Below are positions 47,396-57,674 of a stretch of DNA of 64,000 nt, piece after piece. Position numbers and translations under genes: made by a program. The DNA is taken from NCBI GenBank assembly GCA_963749155.1, contig CAVVLO010000002.1, forward strand, positions 1,504,001 through 1,568,000, given 5' to 3'. Every line of letters begins with the position of its first letter. Positions within the stretch are counted from its first letter, which is position 1. The stretch comes from an uncultured Armatimonadia bacterium (GTDB lineage: Bacteria > Armatimonadota > Zipacnadia > CAVVLO01). Under the pieces are notes generated by a model. That model was not told the DNA's origin. It worked only from the letters and a program-made list of their open reading frames with translations, and ran no database searches.

Positions 47396-48040
47396 ATGAA
47401 AGGGCCTTCAGAGCGCCAACTCGATTTGCTGAGATTTACCGACACCTTTACCTTGCAACACGGTTATCCGCCCTCAGTCAGAGAACTTGGCGAAGGGGTC
47501 GGACTTAACTCCAGTTGCACCGTCCAACGTCATCTCAATGCCCTCGAACGAGCTGGTTTTATTCGTCGGCAAGACCGAAAATCGCGCACCCTCGAGCTTA
47601 CCGAGTCAGGCAAGCGCGCGATTGGCCTGATGGAGCCAGAATCCGCCCTTCTTGATGAGCCCAACTGGCTGTCGGTGCCGCTGCTTGGCGCCATCGCAGC
47701 AGGCTCGCCCATCCTGGCGGAAGAGCATGTCGAAGATCACCTGCGAATCGAGGCTGGACTCCTGGGAGGCGGGGCGCACTTTGCGCTGCGCGTCCAGGGC
47801 GACAGTATGACAGGCGCGGGTATCCTCGAGGGCGATGTCGTCGTCATACGGCAGCAGGCGAGCGCCGAAAACGGCGAGCTGGTCGCCGCCCTGCTCGAGG
47901 ACAGCGCCACCGTAAAACGCTTCTTCCGGCGCAATTCGCATATAGAACTGCGTCCCGAGAATCCCGCTTACAAGCCGATTGTCAGCACCGAGGCAAAAGT
48001 GCTCGGAAAAGTCGTGCTTGTGCTGAGAAGCTATTCCTAA
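47396..48040 (+). CDS. lexA: SOS repressor LexA
   Basis: GYPPSVRE, SSCTVQRHL, Ala-Gly site IAAGSP, GDSM and ATVKRF. Confidence 0.97.
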   Translation: MKGPSERQLDLLRFTDTFTLQHGYPPSVRELGEGVGLNSSCTVQRHLNALERAGFIRRQDRKSRTLELTESGKRAIGLMEPESALLDEPNWLSVPLLGAIAAGSPILAEEHVEDHLRIEAGLLGGGAHFALRVQGDSMTGAGILEGDVVVIRQQASAENGELVAALLEDSATVKRFFRRNSHIELRPENPAYKPIVSTEAKVLGKVVLVLRSYS

Positions 48041-48055
48041 GGGCTCCCAGTCAAG

Positions 48056-48706
48056 ATGACAAAAATTGCGCCCTCACTGATTGCGCTCGATTTCACCCGA
48101 CTGGGTGAAGAACTGGCCTTGCTTGAACAGGCGGGCGCCGATTTTCTTCATCTGGATGTGATGGACGGGTGCCTCGTGCCCAATATCACCTTTGGTCCGC
48201 TGGTGGTAGCCGCTTGCAAGCGCGCGACCAGGCTACCCCTGCAGACTCACTTGATGATTATTCAGCCGGACAAATACCTCGAAGCCTTTGCCGAAGCAGG
48301 CGCTAGCGCCTTGTGGGTCCATGCGGAGGCCAGGGGCGATGTGATGGCCAACCTGAAGCGTATCCGGGAGCTAGGCTGTTCTCCAGGGCTTGCGATTGAT
48401 CCGCCAACCGGCGTCGAAGGGCTGGAAGAACTGCTTCCGCTGGTGGATACCGTGCTGGTAATGACCGTGCCGGCGGGATTTGGGGGACAGGCTTTCAGGG
48501 AAGACTGTCTGGCCAAAGTACCCCCCCTGGTCAAGCTGAGAGAGCAGCTTGGGCTGAGTTTCGAGATTGCTGTAGATGGTGGAGTGAAACTCTCAAATGC
48601 CTCTCATGTACGCGAGGCTGGCGTTGATATTATTATCTCTGGCACAGGCCTTACAAAGGCAGGACTTCCTTACCAGGAAGCAATTGCCGCGATGCGAAGC
48701 GCTTAG
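48056..48706 (+). CDS. rpe: Ribulose-phosphate 3-epimerase
   Basis: KIAPSL, HLDVMDG..VPNITFG, MTVPAGFGGQ and VDGGV. Confidence 0.95.
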   Translation: MTKIAPSLIALDFTRLGEELALLEQAGADFLHLDVMDGCLVPNITFGPLVVAACKRATRLPLQTHLMIIQPDKYLEAFAEAGASALWVHAEARGDVMANLKRIRELGCSPGLAIDPPTGVEGLEELLPLVDTVLVMTVPAGFGGQAFREDCLAKVPPLVKLREQLGLSFEIAVDGGVKLSNASHVREAGVDIIISGTGLTKAGLPYQEAIAAMRSA

Positions 48707-48718
48707 GAGGAACTCCCA

Positions 48719-49993
48719 ATGCCTGCCTGGCTTGCCGCGATTCTGGTGCTGCTCGTGCTAGCTTGTTCAGCCAATGCCTCACCCTGGCGCACCGATCCCC
48801 GGAGTGTTACGGTCAAGGATCGCCTGGGGGTCTCGACCCATTTCGCCCAGGGGCAACCTGTCGAATTTCTGGATTACCTTCAAGACCTGGGCATTACGTG
48901 GCTGCGCGAAGAAGCCCCCTGGCAGGCTTTCGAGCCTGAGAAGGGCAGATATACCGTGCCCGAAAAATATGCCGAACTGGCACAGGGCGCGCGCCAGCGC
49001 GGATTGAAGCAGATTTGGATGCTCGGTTACGGCAACCCGATATACGAAAATCCACTTGATCCCGAGGCTTATGCAGCTTGGTCGGCCTGGATGGCGAAGC
49101 AGTTCGAAGGCGAGGCTATCTGGTGGGAGCTTTGGAACGAACCCCACAACTTTCAGGTGCTGCAGCAGTATGGCGGCAACTGGGATGGCTCTCCGCCCTC
49201 GCCCTGGGTAGGGAAGTTTCTCGAACTGGTCGGCGGGGCTGCGAAGGCGATGAAGGAAGTCAGCCCTGACTCCGAACGCGCTACCGGCGATGATGTCTGG
49301 TTCAACCTTAATCGGTTCCTGGAAGAGGGGCTTTCCTCAGACATCACGACCTTGACGATGCACCCTTATACCCATTCGTGGACTGCCCCAGAGCTTTCAG
49401 GCCTGGATGGTTCTTATGTCGTGACGGTGCGCAAGCTGGCGGAGTTGGCAGAGCAGAAGCTGGGCCATCCGGTTGACCTGTGGGTTACTGAATGGGGTTA
49501 TGGGCCTGCGTGGGAAGGGGGCAGTTTTGAGGACGCCGCAGTTTTCCTCGCGCGTCTTTATCTGGCCAACCTGGCTACCGGCACGCGGGTCATCTGCTGG
49601 CATACCTTGATGGACTGGGGAGATGGCCCCTGGGGCCTGCTGGACAATGATCATAACAAGCGGCCGGCCTATTTTGCGCTGAAGACGCTCGCGAATACGC
49701 TGGGCGAGTATAAGTTCCGCCGGCAGGTGGTCGGCACCCCGCTGCTCAACGAAGGGGCGCTGGGATTGCTCTTCTCCGCGGAGGAGCCACGCCGCTGGGC
49801 GCTTGCGCTTTGGCGGATGGAGGGCAAGTCGTCCTTCAGACTGACTGAGCTTGAGGGCGCTGTGACCAGGACTGACTACCTGGGAGAAAGTGCCGAACTC
49901 ACGCCCGTAGCTGGCGGTCTTTCAATTGAAGTTGGCGAGGCGCCTGTCTATCTGACTGGCCTTGGAGCAACGCCCCAAGTCACGGCAGACTAA
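48719..49993 (+). CDS. Secreted clan-A glycoside hydrolase (GH39/GH5-like)
   Basis: Signal peptide; WELWNEP, MHPY and LWVTEWG; C-terminus related to the 28379 protein. Confidence 0.8.
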   Translation: MPAWLAAILVLLVLACSANASPWRTDPRSVTVKDRLGVSTHFAQGQPVEFLDYLQDLGITWLREEAPWQAFEPEKGRYTVPEKYAELAQGARQRGLKQIWMLGYGNPIYENPLDPEAYAAWSAWMAKQFEGEAIWWELWNEPHNFQVLQQYGGNWDGSPPSPWVGKFLELVGGAAKAMKEVSPDSERATGDDVWFNLNRFLEEGLSSDITTLTMHPYTHSWTAPELSGLDGSYVVTVRKLAELAEQKLGHPVDLWVTEWGYGPAWEGGSFEDAAVFLARLYLANLATGTRVICWHTLMDWGDGPWGLLDNDHNKRPAYFALKTLANTLGEYKFRRQVVGTPLLNEGALGLLFSAEEPRRWALALWRMEGKSSFRLTELEGAVTRTDYLGESAELTPVAGGLSIEVGEAPVYLTGLGATPQVTAD

Positions 49994-51000
49994 GGGCCAT
50001 AACCGGTCGGCATCAGGATGACTGGGTCATCTGCGCTGCCGACATGCCGTTCGCCACTTTTTACGTAGACACCCGGCGCCACCAGGCAGTTGACCAGTTC
50101 GCAGGCGGTCTCGAGATAAGCGTCGCCAAGGATTGCGCAGTTCACCAGTTTGCAGCCTGATTCGACTTCGGTTTTGCCCGCGATGGAGACAATCCCCTCG
50201 AAATGACAAGCCCCGACTTCGGCCTGGGCGCCAATATGCACCAGCGCCATCGGATCAGGCCTGGAGACCAGGCTCATATCGTGGCGCATCGCCTGTCCAT
50301 CCGTCAGCAGCACTTGCTGCGGCCTGCCCAGGTCTGACCAAACCCCTGTCAGGGGTGTCGCATAGACAGGCCGCCCCTCGCCAATCATCTGGTTGAAGGC
50401 GTCGGGCAGCTCGTATTCTCCGCGCGGCGAGGGGGTCAGGGCGTCGAGATAATCGAAAAGCACTGGCTGGGCACAAAATAACCCCGCGTTCATCCAGTTG
50501 GTAGCGCTGGTGCCTGGGGCGGGCTTCTCGATGACCTTCTCAACCCGGCCCTCGGTCTCATACACCGCAGCGCCGTGACAGGGATCATCCACTTCATAGA
50601 CGGTTAGCATCAGGTCAGGCTGGCCGAAGCGCTCATAAGCCGAAAGCAGGCTCGGATAGTTTTCGGGAGAGATATACAGGTCAGCAAAACCCAGGAAGAA
50701 AGTCGAGTCACCAACGAAGTCTCTGGCAATCCGGGTCGCAGCTCCGGTGCCTTTCTCAGGGCCCTGAGTCAGATAGCTGAGGCTGACGCCGTATTGGCTG
50801 CCATCGCCCAGGTACTGCTTGAGGGTGTCCTCCATATATTTCGTCACAATGAGGAAGTCGCGTACCCCTGAGGCGGCAAGCTGGGTGATGGTTTCGACGA
50901 TAAGAGGCGTCGAGAGGACAGGCACCAAAGGTTTGGGCATTACATAAGTAAGTGGGCGGAGCCTGGTGCCTTCGCCAGCGGCTAAAATGACGGCTTTCAC
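49990..51000 (-). CDS. Sugar-phosphate nucleotidyltransferase
   Basis: KAVILAAGEGTRLRPLT..PKPL, EKP, SPRGEYELPDA and WSDLG. Confidence 0.92.
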   Translation of the reverse strand: MKAVILAAGEGTRLRPLTYVMPKPLVPVLSTPLIVETITQLAASGVRDFLIVTKYMEDTLKQYLGDGSQYGVSLSYLTQGPEKGTGAATRIARDFVGDSTFFLGFADLYISPENYPSLLSAYERFGQPDLMLTVYEVDDPCHGAAVYETEGRVEKVIEKPAPGTSATNWMNAGLFCAQPVLFDYLDALTPSPRGEYELPDAFNQMIGEGRPVYATPLTGVWSDLGRPQQVLLTDGQAMRHDMSLVSRPDPMALVHIGAQAEVGACHFEGIVSIAGKTEVESGCKLVNCAILGDAYLETACELVNCLVAPGVYVKSGERHVGSADDPVILMPTGYGP

Positions 51001-51131
51001 GGAGGTCCTCTCAGGATGACGGGCCAGTGGCCACGCGAATTGATGACCCTCAGTATAGCACAGTCTTCTTTGGAATCTCGGTGCCGTGATACTATGAAAG
51101 TCAGAGGCGAGGACTGTCGAGGAGGTTGACA

Positions 51132-53498
51132 ATGGGCTACCAATTTCAGCTCACAGGTATGCACTGCGCCGGATGCGCCGAAGGAGTGAAACGCTCCCTC
51201 GAAGCGCTGCCCGAAGTTGCTGCTGCCGATGTGAGTTATACGAGCGAACTGGCCTGGGTGGAGCTTGTCGACGAGTCCAAAGGCTTGCCCAAAGTTATAG
51301 AGCAGATCCGGGGTATGGGCTATGACGTGGTCAGCGAGAAGGTTTTGCTCGCTATCGAAGGGATGCACTGCGCCGCCTGCACAGGCGCCGTTGAGCGCGG
51401 TTTGATGAAGGTGCCGGGGGTCTTGTCAGCCCAGGTCAGCCTGCCTGCGAAATCAGCCCAGGTAACCGTATTGCAAGGTGTCGTGACCTTGAAACAGTTG
51501 ATCGCGGCGGTCGAGAAGGCAGGCTATGAGGCCAGCCCCCTCGTGGAGGGCGAGGCAATTGAACGCGCCACCAAAGGCGCCTGGCTCCGCCTCGCGCTGG
51601 TTATCTACGGCCTGGTAACCTTTGCAGTCCTGATGGCGCTGGCGATGGATATGACTTCTCTTGAGCCCTCTGCTGCCGCTTTCCTCAGCCTGGTTATCGC
51701 AACGCCGGCCCAGTTGCTGGTCGGGTGGGAGTTCTATCGAAGCGCTTTCAAAGCTGCGCTGAGCCGGACTTCGAATATGGACACGCTGGTCGCGCTGGGC
51801 GCCACTGCGGCCTATCTCTATTCCGTCTGGGCGGTCTGGGCAGGAGAGCAGCAGCTCTATTTCGATGGCGCAATCGGCGTGATGTCTATCGTGCTGGTAG
51901 GCAGGACGCTTGAAGCTTTTGCAACTGGCAGGGCAAGTGGCGCGCTCAAAGCCTTGATGAAGCTTGCGCCCAAGCAGGCCAGCCTGCTTACCGCCGAGGG
52001 AGAACAGGTGGTTGCGGCAGAGCTGCTCGAGCCTGGTCAGCGAGTTCGTCTGCGGCCTGGGGAGACCGTGCCAGTAGATAGTCGCGTGGTCGAGGGCGAG
52101 AGCACGGTGGACGAATCGAGCCTCACTGGCGAATCCATACCCATCTCTAAGGTACCCGGCGATGAGGTGCTGGCAGGTACACTCAACCAGACAGGCGCCC
52201 TGGTGCTGGAAGTCATGCGTCCGGCAAGTGAGTCTTTCATCAGCCAGATGCAACGACTTGTACGCGAGGCCCAGAGCTCCAAACCGCCCATCCAGCGACT
52301 GGCAGACCGCGTGGCAGCCGTTTTCGTGCCGGTGATGCTTGCAATCGCAGCGGTCACTTTTCTCGCCTGGGTTGGTTATGGGAGGTTAACCGGAGCCGAA
52401 GCTATATTGCGCGTGGCGCTTATCAACGCGGTCTCGGTTTTGGTGGTCGCCTGTCCTTGCGCTTTGGGGCTTGCCACGCCTGTTGCCGTGGTGGTCGCTC
52501 TTGGCAACGCGGCCAGGATGGGCCTGCTGCTGCGCGATGCAGGTGTGATCGAACGCACAGTCGCGCTGAACGCTATCGCCTTCGACAAGACAGGCACCTT
52601 GACCGTCGGTCATCCCACCTTGCAGGAGATCGTCCCCTTCGGGGCTGAGCGAGTCGAGGCGCTTGCCGTGGCAGCCGCGCTTGAAGTGAATTCTGAACAT
52701 CCTCTTGCGAAGGCTGTGGTTGAGCAAGCCAGGCGCGAAGAGGTCGCTTTCAAGCCATCAAAAGAATTCGAGGCGCTTAGTGGTCGCGGGGCGAAGGCCA
52801 AACTCGAGGGAACCGAGTTGTTGGTCGGCAGCCTCAGGTTGCTTGGCGAGCAAGGAGTGGAAGGCCTTGAAGGAGCAAAGGCAGCTTATGAGCGGCTTGC
52901 TTTGGAAGGGATGAGCGTTGCGGGGCTTGCCCGAGGGGGCCAACTGCTCGCGCTGCTTGGATTTCGTGATGAGTTGAAGCCCGAGGCGCCGGAGGTCCTT
53001 TCTGCCTTGCGCGCCAGAGGCCTTGCAACCTATATGCTGACTGGAGATAGCGAAGCCACAGGGATTGCACTCGGGCAGGCGGCAGGCGTAGACCAGGTGA
53101 TGGCCCGGCTGCTGCCCGAGGAGAAAGTCCAGCGGATTGCCGAGTTGCAGGCCGAAGGCAAACGGGTCGCAATGGTTGGCGATGGAGTTAACGACGCCGC
53201 GGCACTTGCCCAGGCAGACCTGGGGATTGCCGTGGCCACTGGCACCGAAGTCGCCATTGAAGCGGCGCAGGTTACGCTGATCGCAAAAAGCCTCGAACCC
53301 GTCGAAAAGCTCTTCTCGCTTGCCGAAGTGACACTCAGAATCATAAAGCAGAACCTGTTCTGGGCCTTTGGCTATAACCTCGTGCTGGTGCCTGCCGCCG
53401 CTTTTGGGGTACTTACCCCGATGCTGGCTGCAACCTTTATGGCGCTCAGCTCTCTGGTAGTAGTGGGGAACGCCTTGCGATTGAAAGGCTGGAAGTAG
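51132..53498 (+). CDS. copA: Copper-translocating P1B-type ATPase
   Basis: Two GMHCxxC domains, TGES, CPC, DKTGT, SEHP, GDGVND, YN and MALSS. Confidence 0.95.
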   Translation: MGYQFQLTGMHCAGCAEGVKRSLEALPEVAAADVSYTSELAWVELVDESKGLPKVIEQIRGMGYDVVSEKVLLAIEGMHCAACTGAVERGLMKVPGVLSAQVSLPAKSAQVTVLQGVVTLKQLIAAVEKAGYEASPLVEGEAIERATKGAWLRLALVIYGLVTFAVLMALAMDMTSLEPSAAAFLSLVIATPAQLLVGWEFYRSAFKAALSRTSNMDTLVALGATAAYLYSVWAVWAGEQQLYFDGAIGVMSIVLVGRTLEAFATGRASGALKALMKLAPKQASLLTAEGEQVVAAELLEPGQRVRLRPGETVPVDSRVVEGESTVDESSLTGESIPISKVPGDEVLAGTLNQTGALVLEVMRPASESFISQMQRLVREAQSSKPPIQRLADRVAAVFVPVMLAIAAVTFLAWVGYGRLTGAEAILRVALINAVSVLVVACPCALGLATPVAVVVALGNAARMGLLLRDAGVIERTVALNAIAFDKTGTLTVGHPTLQEIVPFGAERVEALAVAAALEVNSEHPLAKAVVEQARREEVAFKPSKEFEALSGRGAKAKLEGTELLVGSLRLLGEQGVEGLEGAKAAYERLALEGMSVAGLARGGQLLALLGFRDELKPEAPEVLSALRARGLATYMLTGDSEATGIALGQAAGVDQVMARLLPEEKVQRIAELQAEGKRVAMVGDGVNDAAALAQADLGIAVATGTEVAIEAAQVTLIAKSLEPVEKLFSLAEVTLRIIKQNLFWAFGYNLVLVPAAAFGVLTPMLAATFMALSSLVVVGNALRLKGWK

Positions 53499-53524
53499 CA
53501 GGGCTACCTTCCGAGGACGCGAAG
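53498..53524 (+). promoter_or_regulatory. SigH-like promoter
   Basis: GCAGGG-N16-CGAAG upstream of the 53553 gene. Confidence 0.45.
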
Positions 53525-53552
53525 TCCATCTCACCAAACAAAGGGGACGCCC

Positions 53553-55473
53553 GTGAAGAGGCTGATTCTGGTGGCACTCGTATTTCTTGCGACCTATTCT
53601 GTGGCTGGCGCGGCTGCAGAGCAAGGCAAACCGCCCACTGTGCTGATGGGCAACCTCAGTGTGGGTTATCTCCAGTGGGTGGTCGCAGGCCGGCAAGGCG
53701 ATCCGCCCCCGCTCGATTATGCGACTCCAGAAGCCCTGGCCGAACTCAAAGCAGCCGGCGTGACCTCCATCGAGGATTACATCACCTTCCTGGCCGCCTC
53801 ACCCATCGAAGAGCGCCTCGATTTCGGCTATTACCGGCGCAATGCCGAGGTGCTCGAGGCCGCGGGGATGGAATACACTGTCTATCCCTGGCTGCATTTC
53901 GTGCCCCCCTGGTTCGAGACTTCGGGCAAGTATTTCCCCTATGAGTGCCTTGAGCATAACGAGGCGACTTTCTCGACCAGCATCTGGGCGCCTCAGACCC
54001 TTGATTTATGGGACTGGTTTTACAGTGAACTCGCTCGCCAGCTCGGAAGCCACATCAAAGGTGTCTACCTGGGGATGCCGGCCGATTATGGCGAGGTCGG
54101 GATGCCCGTCGGGATGACCGACTGGCTAGTGCCGGAAAGGCATTTCCACAGGGGTTTCTGGTGCGGAGACCGGTACGCAAGGCGCGCCTGGGTAAAGTGG
54201 CTCGAAACCACCTACGAGGAAGTTGCAGTCTTGAATGAAGCCTGGGGCGAGGACTTTATCGACTTCAACGAGGTCGAGTATCCAGGCTCTCCTGAAGAGG
54301 GCCGGCAGCGCTGGCTCGATTTCATCTCCTTCTATATGGACAGCGAACTGGACTTTTTGACCCAGGCAACTGGCGTGGTGCGCAAGCATTTTGGGAAGGA
54401 GTTGCCTCTCCAGATCAAGCTGGGGTATGGAGGCGAGTTCGTAGAGTATGGCGTGGACAATGGCGCCACTTGCAAGCTGGCTGCCCAGCTCGGCATCACC
54501 GTGCGTTCGACCCATGGCAAGCTGCCTTACTATTTCGCAAAGCGCATCTCGACCCCATGCAAGTTTTATCAGGCGGAATACCTGACCGAGCCACCTTCCA
54601 ACGTTGACAGGCGAGAGGAGGTCTGGCGGCTCTTCTCGGACGCCTCAACAGGCGCCAGGGTGTATTTCGATTATCCTCAGAACATCAAACCTGCGGCAGA
54701 CCTGCTTGCCGAGTATGGCTTCCTGCTGACTGGAGAACAGCCACTTGTCTCTGTTGCGGTGCTCTTCCCGACCACCGACCACCGCCTGAAGCCCGACCAG
54801 GCCAATCCGCCCAAACTGCTAGAGGTCGCCAATGGGCTACGCGAATTCGTGGACTGGGATGTCGTGGACGAGCAGCTGGTGCTCGACGGCGCGCTTGAGA
54901 ACTATCAAGGTACTGGTCTGGCCCGAGGGCAAGGTGATACAGGTAGAGGCGCAAGAGAAAATTGCCAAGTGGCTGCGTAGTGGGGGCATCCTGCTTAAAG
55001 GCTTCGAAGAGCCCGCTGAAGCTGTCAGCGGTGATGCTCACACCTGGAATATAGTCGAGTCGGCCATCTCAACCGAGGTAGAGCTGCCCGGTTTCAAGGT
55101 CGTCATCAAGCCCTATGGCAAAGGTGCGACGGTGGTTCTGCCTTCAACGGGCGAAGCCGCGACCCAGGTTCTCCTCGCCCTCGAGGAAGGCCGACTGGGA
55201 TCGTTTGCCGCGCGCCCTGTGATGCTGGACCATCAGGCTGATAGAGTGCTGGTGACACTGTTCGCTGACCGAGTGCTGCTGTACAACGCAAGCGATGCGC
55301 CCGTAGTCAAGCACCTGGAGCTTGAACAAACGCGCCTGAAGGCCCTCGGAGTCAAGTCGCCGGGGAAGAGACTGCCTGGTGAAGTGACACTGGCGCCTCA
55401 TTCCATGGCGCTTGTATACTTGAATAAGGGCGATATCTTCTCAGGCAAGAGCGCTGATATGGGAGGGAGCTAA
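53553..55473 (+). CDS. Secreted GH42/GH14-like glycoside hydrolase (+1 indel near 54906)
   Basis: Signal peptide; WLETTY....LNEAWG..F.DF.EV, WLDF and VAVLFP segments typical of GH42-like proteins. Confidence 0.65.
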
Positions 55474-55475
55474 TA

Positions 55476-56336
55476 GTGAGCCTTCACCTTTCGTTTATGG
55501 CAGAGGCCTATATCGGCAACCGCGAGCTAATCCTTACAATAAAGCGACATTTTGATGAGGCTTTCGACAACTGGTCCTTGATACTGGAAGCCGACCAGCC
55601 TCCGATGAAACGCTGGGAAGATTTTTTGGATACGGCTGCCTGGCTTGAGAAGGAGGGCATACGCTTCCTGCTCGATGGGCTGCAATATTCAAAGCCCCGG
55701 GGCACTCGTGACTATGAACTCCTGGTCTCCTCACAGCTTGCCCAACTGCGGGAAGCAGCCCCGAAAAGCTGGCTGGGACTGCGCGCGTATACTCCCCTCG
55801 ATACTCGCCTCAGCGCCCCCGAATACTTTGTTGAGGCTTTCGAATACTGCAACCGCGAGCAGTTGGCAGTCCACGTGGTACTTCATCGGCATGCTTTTTT
55901 TGCCGAGGGCTGGCGCGAAGCTCTACTGCTTTATATGACCGATAATTGGGCAGTGCTTCACGAGGGGATGGAAGGCAACTACCTGTTCGAGGATTCGGCT
56001 GATTATCTGGCCGAATTCGCCAAAGAACAGTCGCTAAAACACTGGGGCCAGTCCCTGGTCGCCCACCAGGTGGAGCTCAGATGGGAGACCGCCAAGCTGG
56101 ATATTGAAACCTGGCTCAGTGTTGAGTTAGCCGAGGGCGCCTCGGTCTTCCATTTTGTTCCGCTGTCCGCTTTCGTTACGGGGGATGAGTTGAAGCCTCT
56201 GCCGACAGACCTTCATGGTTGGCCAAAACTCGATTTCGAGAAGCTCTACAAGCCAGGTTCGGAGCTGCGCCTTTCTCCACTTGGCAAGGTACTGGCCAGC
56301 AGTAAAAGCCGTCGAACCCGAACCAATCCACGTTAA
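55476..56336 (+). CDS. Hypothetical protein
   Basis: 286-aa ORF in the operon with a GGGAG RBS; no motif recognised. Confidence 0.55.
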   Translation: MSLHLSFMAEAYIGNRELILTIKRHFDEAFDNWSLILEADQPPMKRWEDFLDTAAWLEKEGIRFLLDGLQYSKPRGTRDYELLVSSQLAQLREAAPKSWLGLRAYTPLDTRLSAPEYFVEAFEYCNREQLAVHVVLHRHAFFAEGWREALLLYMTDNWAVLHEGMEGNYLFEDSADYLAEFAKEQSLKHWGQSLVAHQVELRWETAKLDIETWLSVELAEGASVFHFVPLSAFVTGDELKPLPTDLHGWPKLDFEKLYKPGSELRLSPLGKVLASSKSRRTRTNPR

Positions 56337-56357
56337 GACTAGCTGGGAGGAATCTGT

Positions 56358-57638
56358 ATGCGTTATCTGGTACTTGTAGTCTCGCTTTTGATTTGCTTTT
56401 CAATGACGTCCTGGGCTCAGGGGGGAACCAATTTGACACAGGCAGGCCAAACCGTTTGGAACGCTTTCGACTTTGGCGCCATACCCGACGGTAAGACTGA
56501 CGCAACGCCGGCCATCCAGGCCGCGCTGGACGCTTGCGCGGCAGCAGGAGGAGGCCAGGTGGTGCTGCCGGCTGGCACCTATTTCACCACAGGGACGCTA
56601 AAAGTCGCCCCTCATGTCGAGTTCGTCGGCGCGGCGCGGATCCTCGATGGCGCAGGCGAAGGCACCATCCTGCTGGTTACGAACCGGGAGGCGCCTTTTG
56701 TCACGCTCAACTCCAGATGCGCGGTCGAGTATATGGAGTTCCGTTATCCGGAGCAGCCCGAGGCGCCCCCTTATATCGAATACCCCTGGACCATCGACTG
56801 CAAGGGAGATAACTGCCAGGTTATCGGTATCTCACTGCCCAACTCCTACGATGGCATCCAGCTTGTTGGCGCTGGCAGGCATCTGGTGCGCGATGTGCAC
56901 GGTTGCCCCCACCATATTGGTATCTACGTGGACCAGATTTACGATGTGGGGCGGATAGAGAACGTCCATTTCTGGCCTTTTGCGGGAGTATTCCGTCCCG
57001 AAGAACCGCGCTGGCAGTGGATTAGCGAGCATGGCGAGGCCTTCATCATTGGCCGGACCGACTGGCAGTATATCTACAACTGTTTCGTCTTCGGCTACAA
57101 CGTTGGTTACCACTTCATAAAGACCGAAGCTGGCGCCTGCAATGGCAACTTCGTAGGGCTCGGAGCCGATTACAGCCGGACCGCGGCGGTGCTGGTGGAC
57201 GATTGCTGGATGTATGGACTGTTGTTCATAAACGGGCAGTTTGTAGCCGTACCTGGCGACGATCCGACAGCGGTCAAAGTCAGCGCGACCAATACCGGCA
57301 CGGTCAACTTCACCAACTGCGCCTCCTGGGGTTCTTTCAACCAGATTGCAAACATCGAAGGGAAGGGCTTCGTCTCTTTCAACAACTGCAACTTTATGCA
57401 CTGGGACAAGAATAAGCGTAACAGGGCAGCTATTCGCGTGGCAGGGGGGAATCTCACGGTCACAGGGTGCCAGTTTATGATGCCGATGAGGAAGAACTCT
57501 CCCCAGGTGAGCATCGAGCAGGGCGCCCAGGCTGTGACGATTGGACTGAACACTTCCGAGACACCCTGGAACATAAAGAACACGAGCGATATCGAGCCTG
57601 AAGTCGGGCTCAACAGCGCTCGCAAGCCAGCCGAGTAA
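56358..57638 (+). CDS. Secreted pectin-lyase-fold (beta-helix) protein, paralog 1
   Basis: WNAFDFGAIPDGKTDATPAIQAALD...GGQVVLPAGTY; DVGRIENVHFWPF and GRTDWQY. Confidence 0.85.
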   Translation: MRYLVLVVSLLICFSMTSWAQGGTNLTQAGQTVWNAFDFGAIPDGKTDATPAIQAALDACAAAGGGQVVLPAGTYFTTGTLKVAPHVEFVGAARILDGAGEGTILLVTNREAPFVTLNSRCAVEYMEFRYPEQPEAPPYIEYPWTIDCKGDNCQVIGISLPNSYDGIQLVGAGRHLVRDVHGCPHHIGIYVDQIYDVGRIENVHFWPFAGVFRPEEPRWQWISEHGEAFIIGRTDWQYIYNCFVFGYNVGYHFIKTEAGACNGNFVGLGADYSRTAAVLVDDCWMYGLLFINGQFVAVPGDDPTAVKVSATNTGTVNFTNCASWGSFNQIANIEGKGFVSFNNCNFMHWDKNKRNRAAIRVAGGNLTVTGCQFMMPMRKNSPQVSIEQGAQAVTIGLNTSETPWNIKNTSDIEPEVGLNSARKPAE

Positions 57639-57674
57639 GGCAATAAAATAAAAAGTGAGAAGGGAGGGACCTCC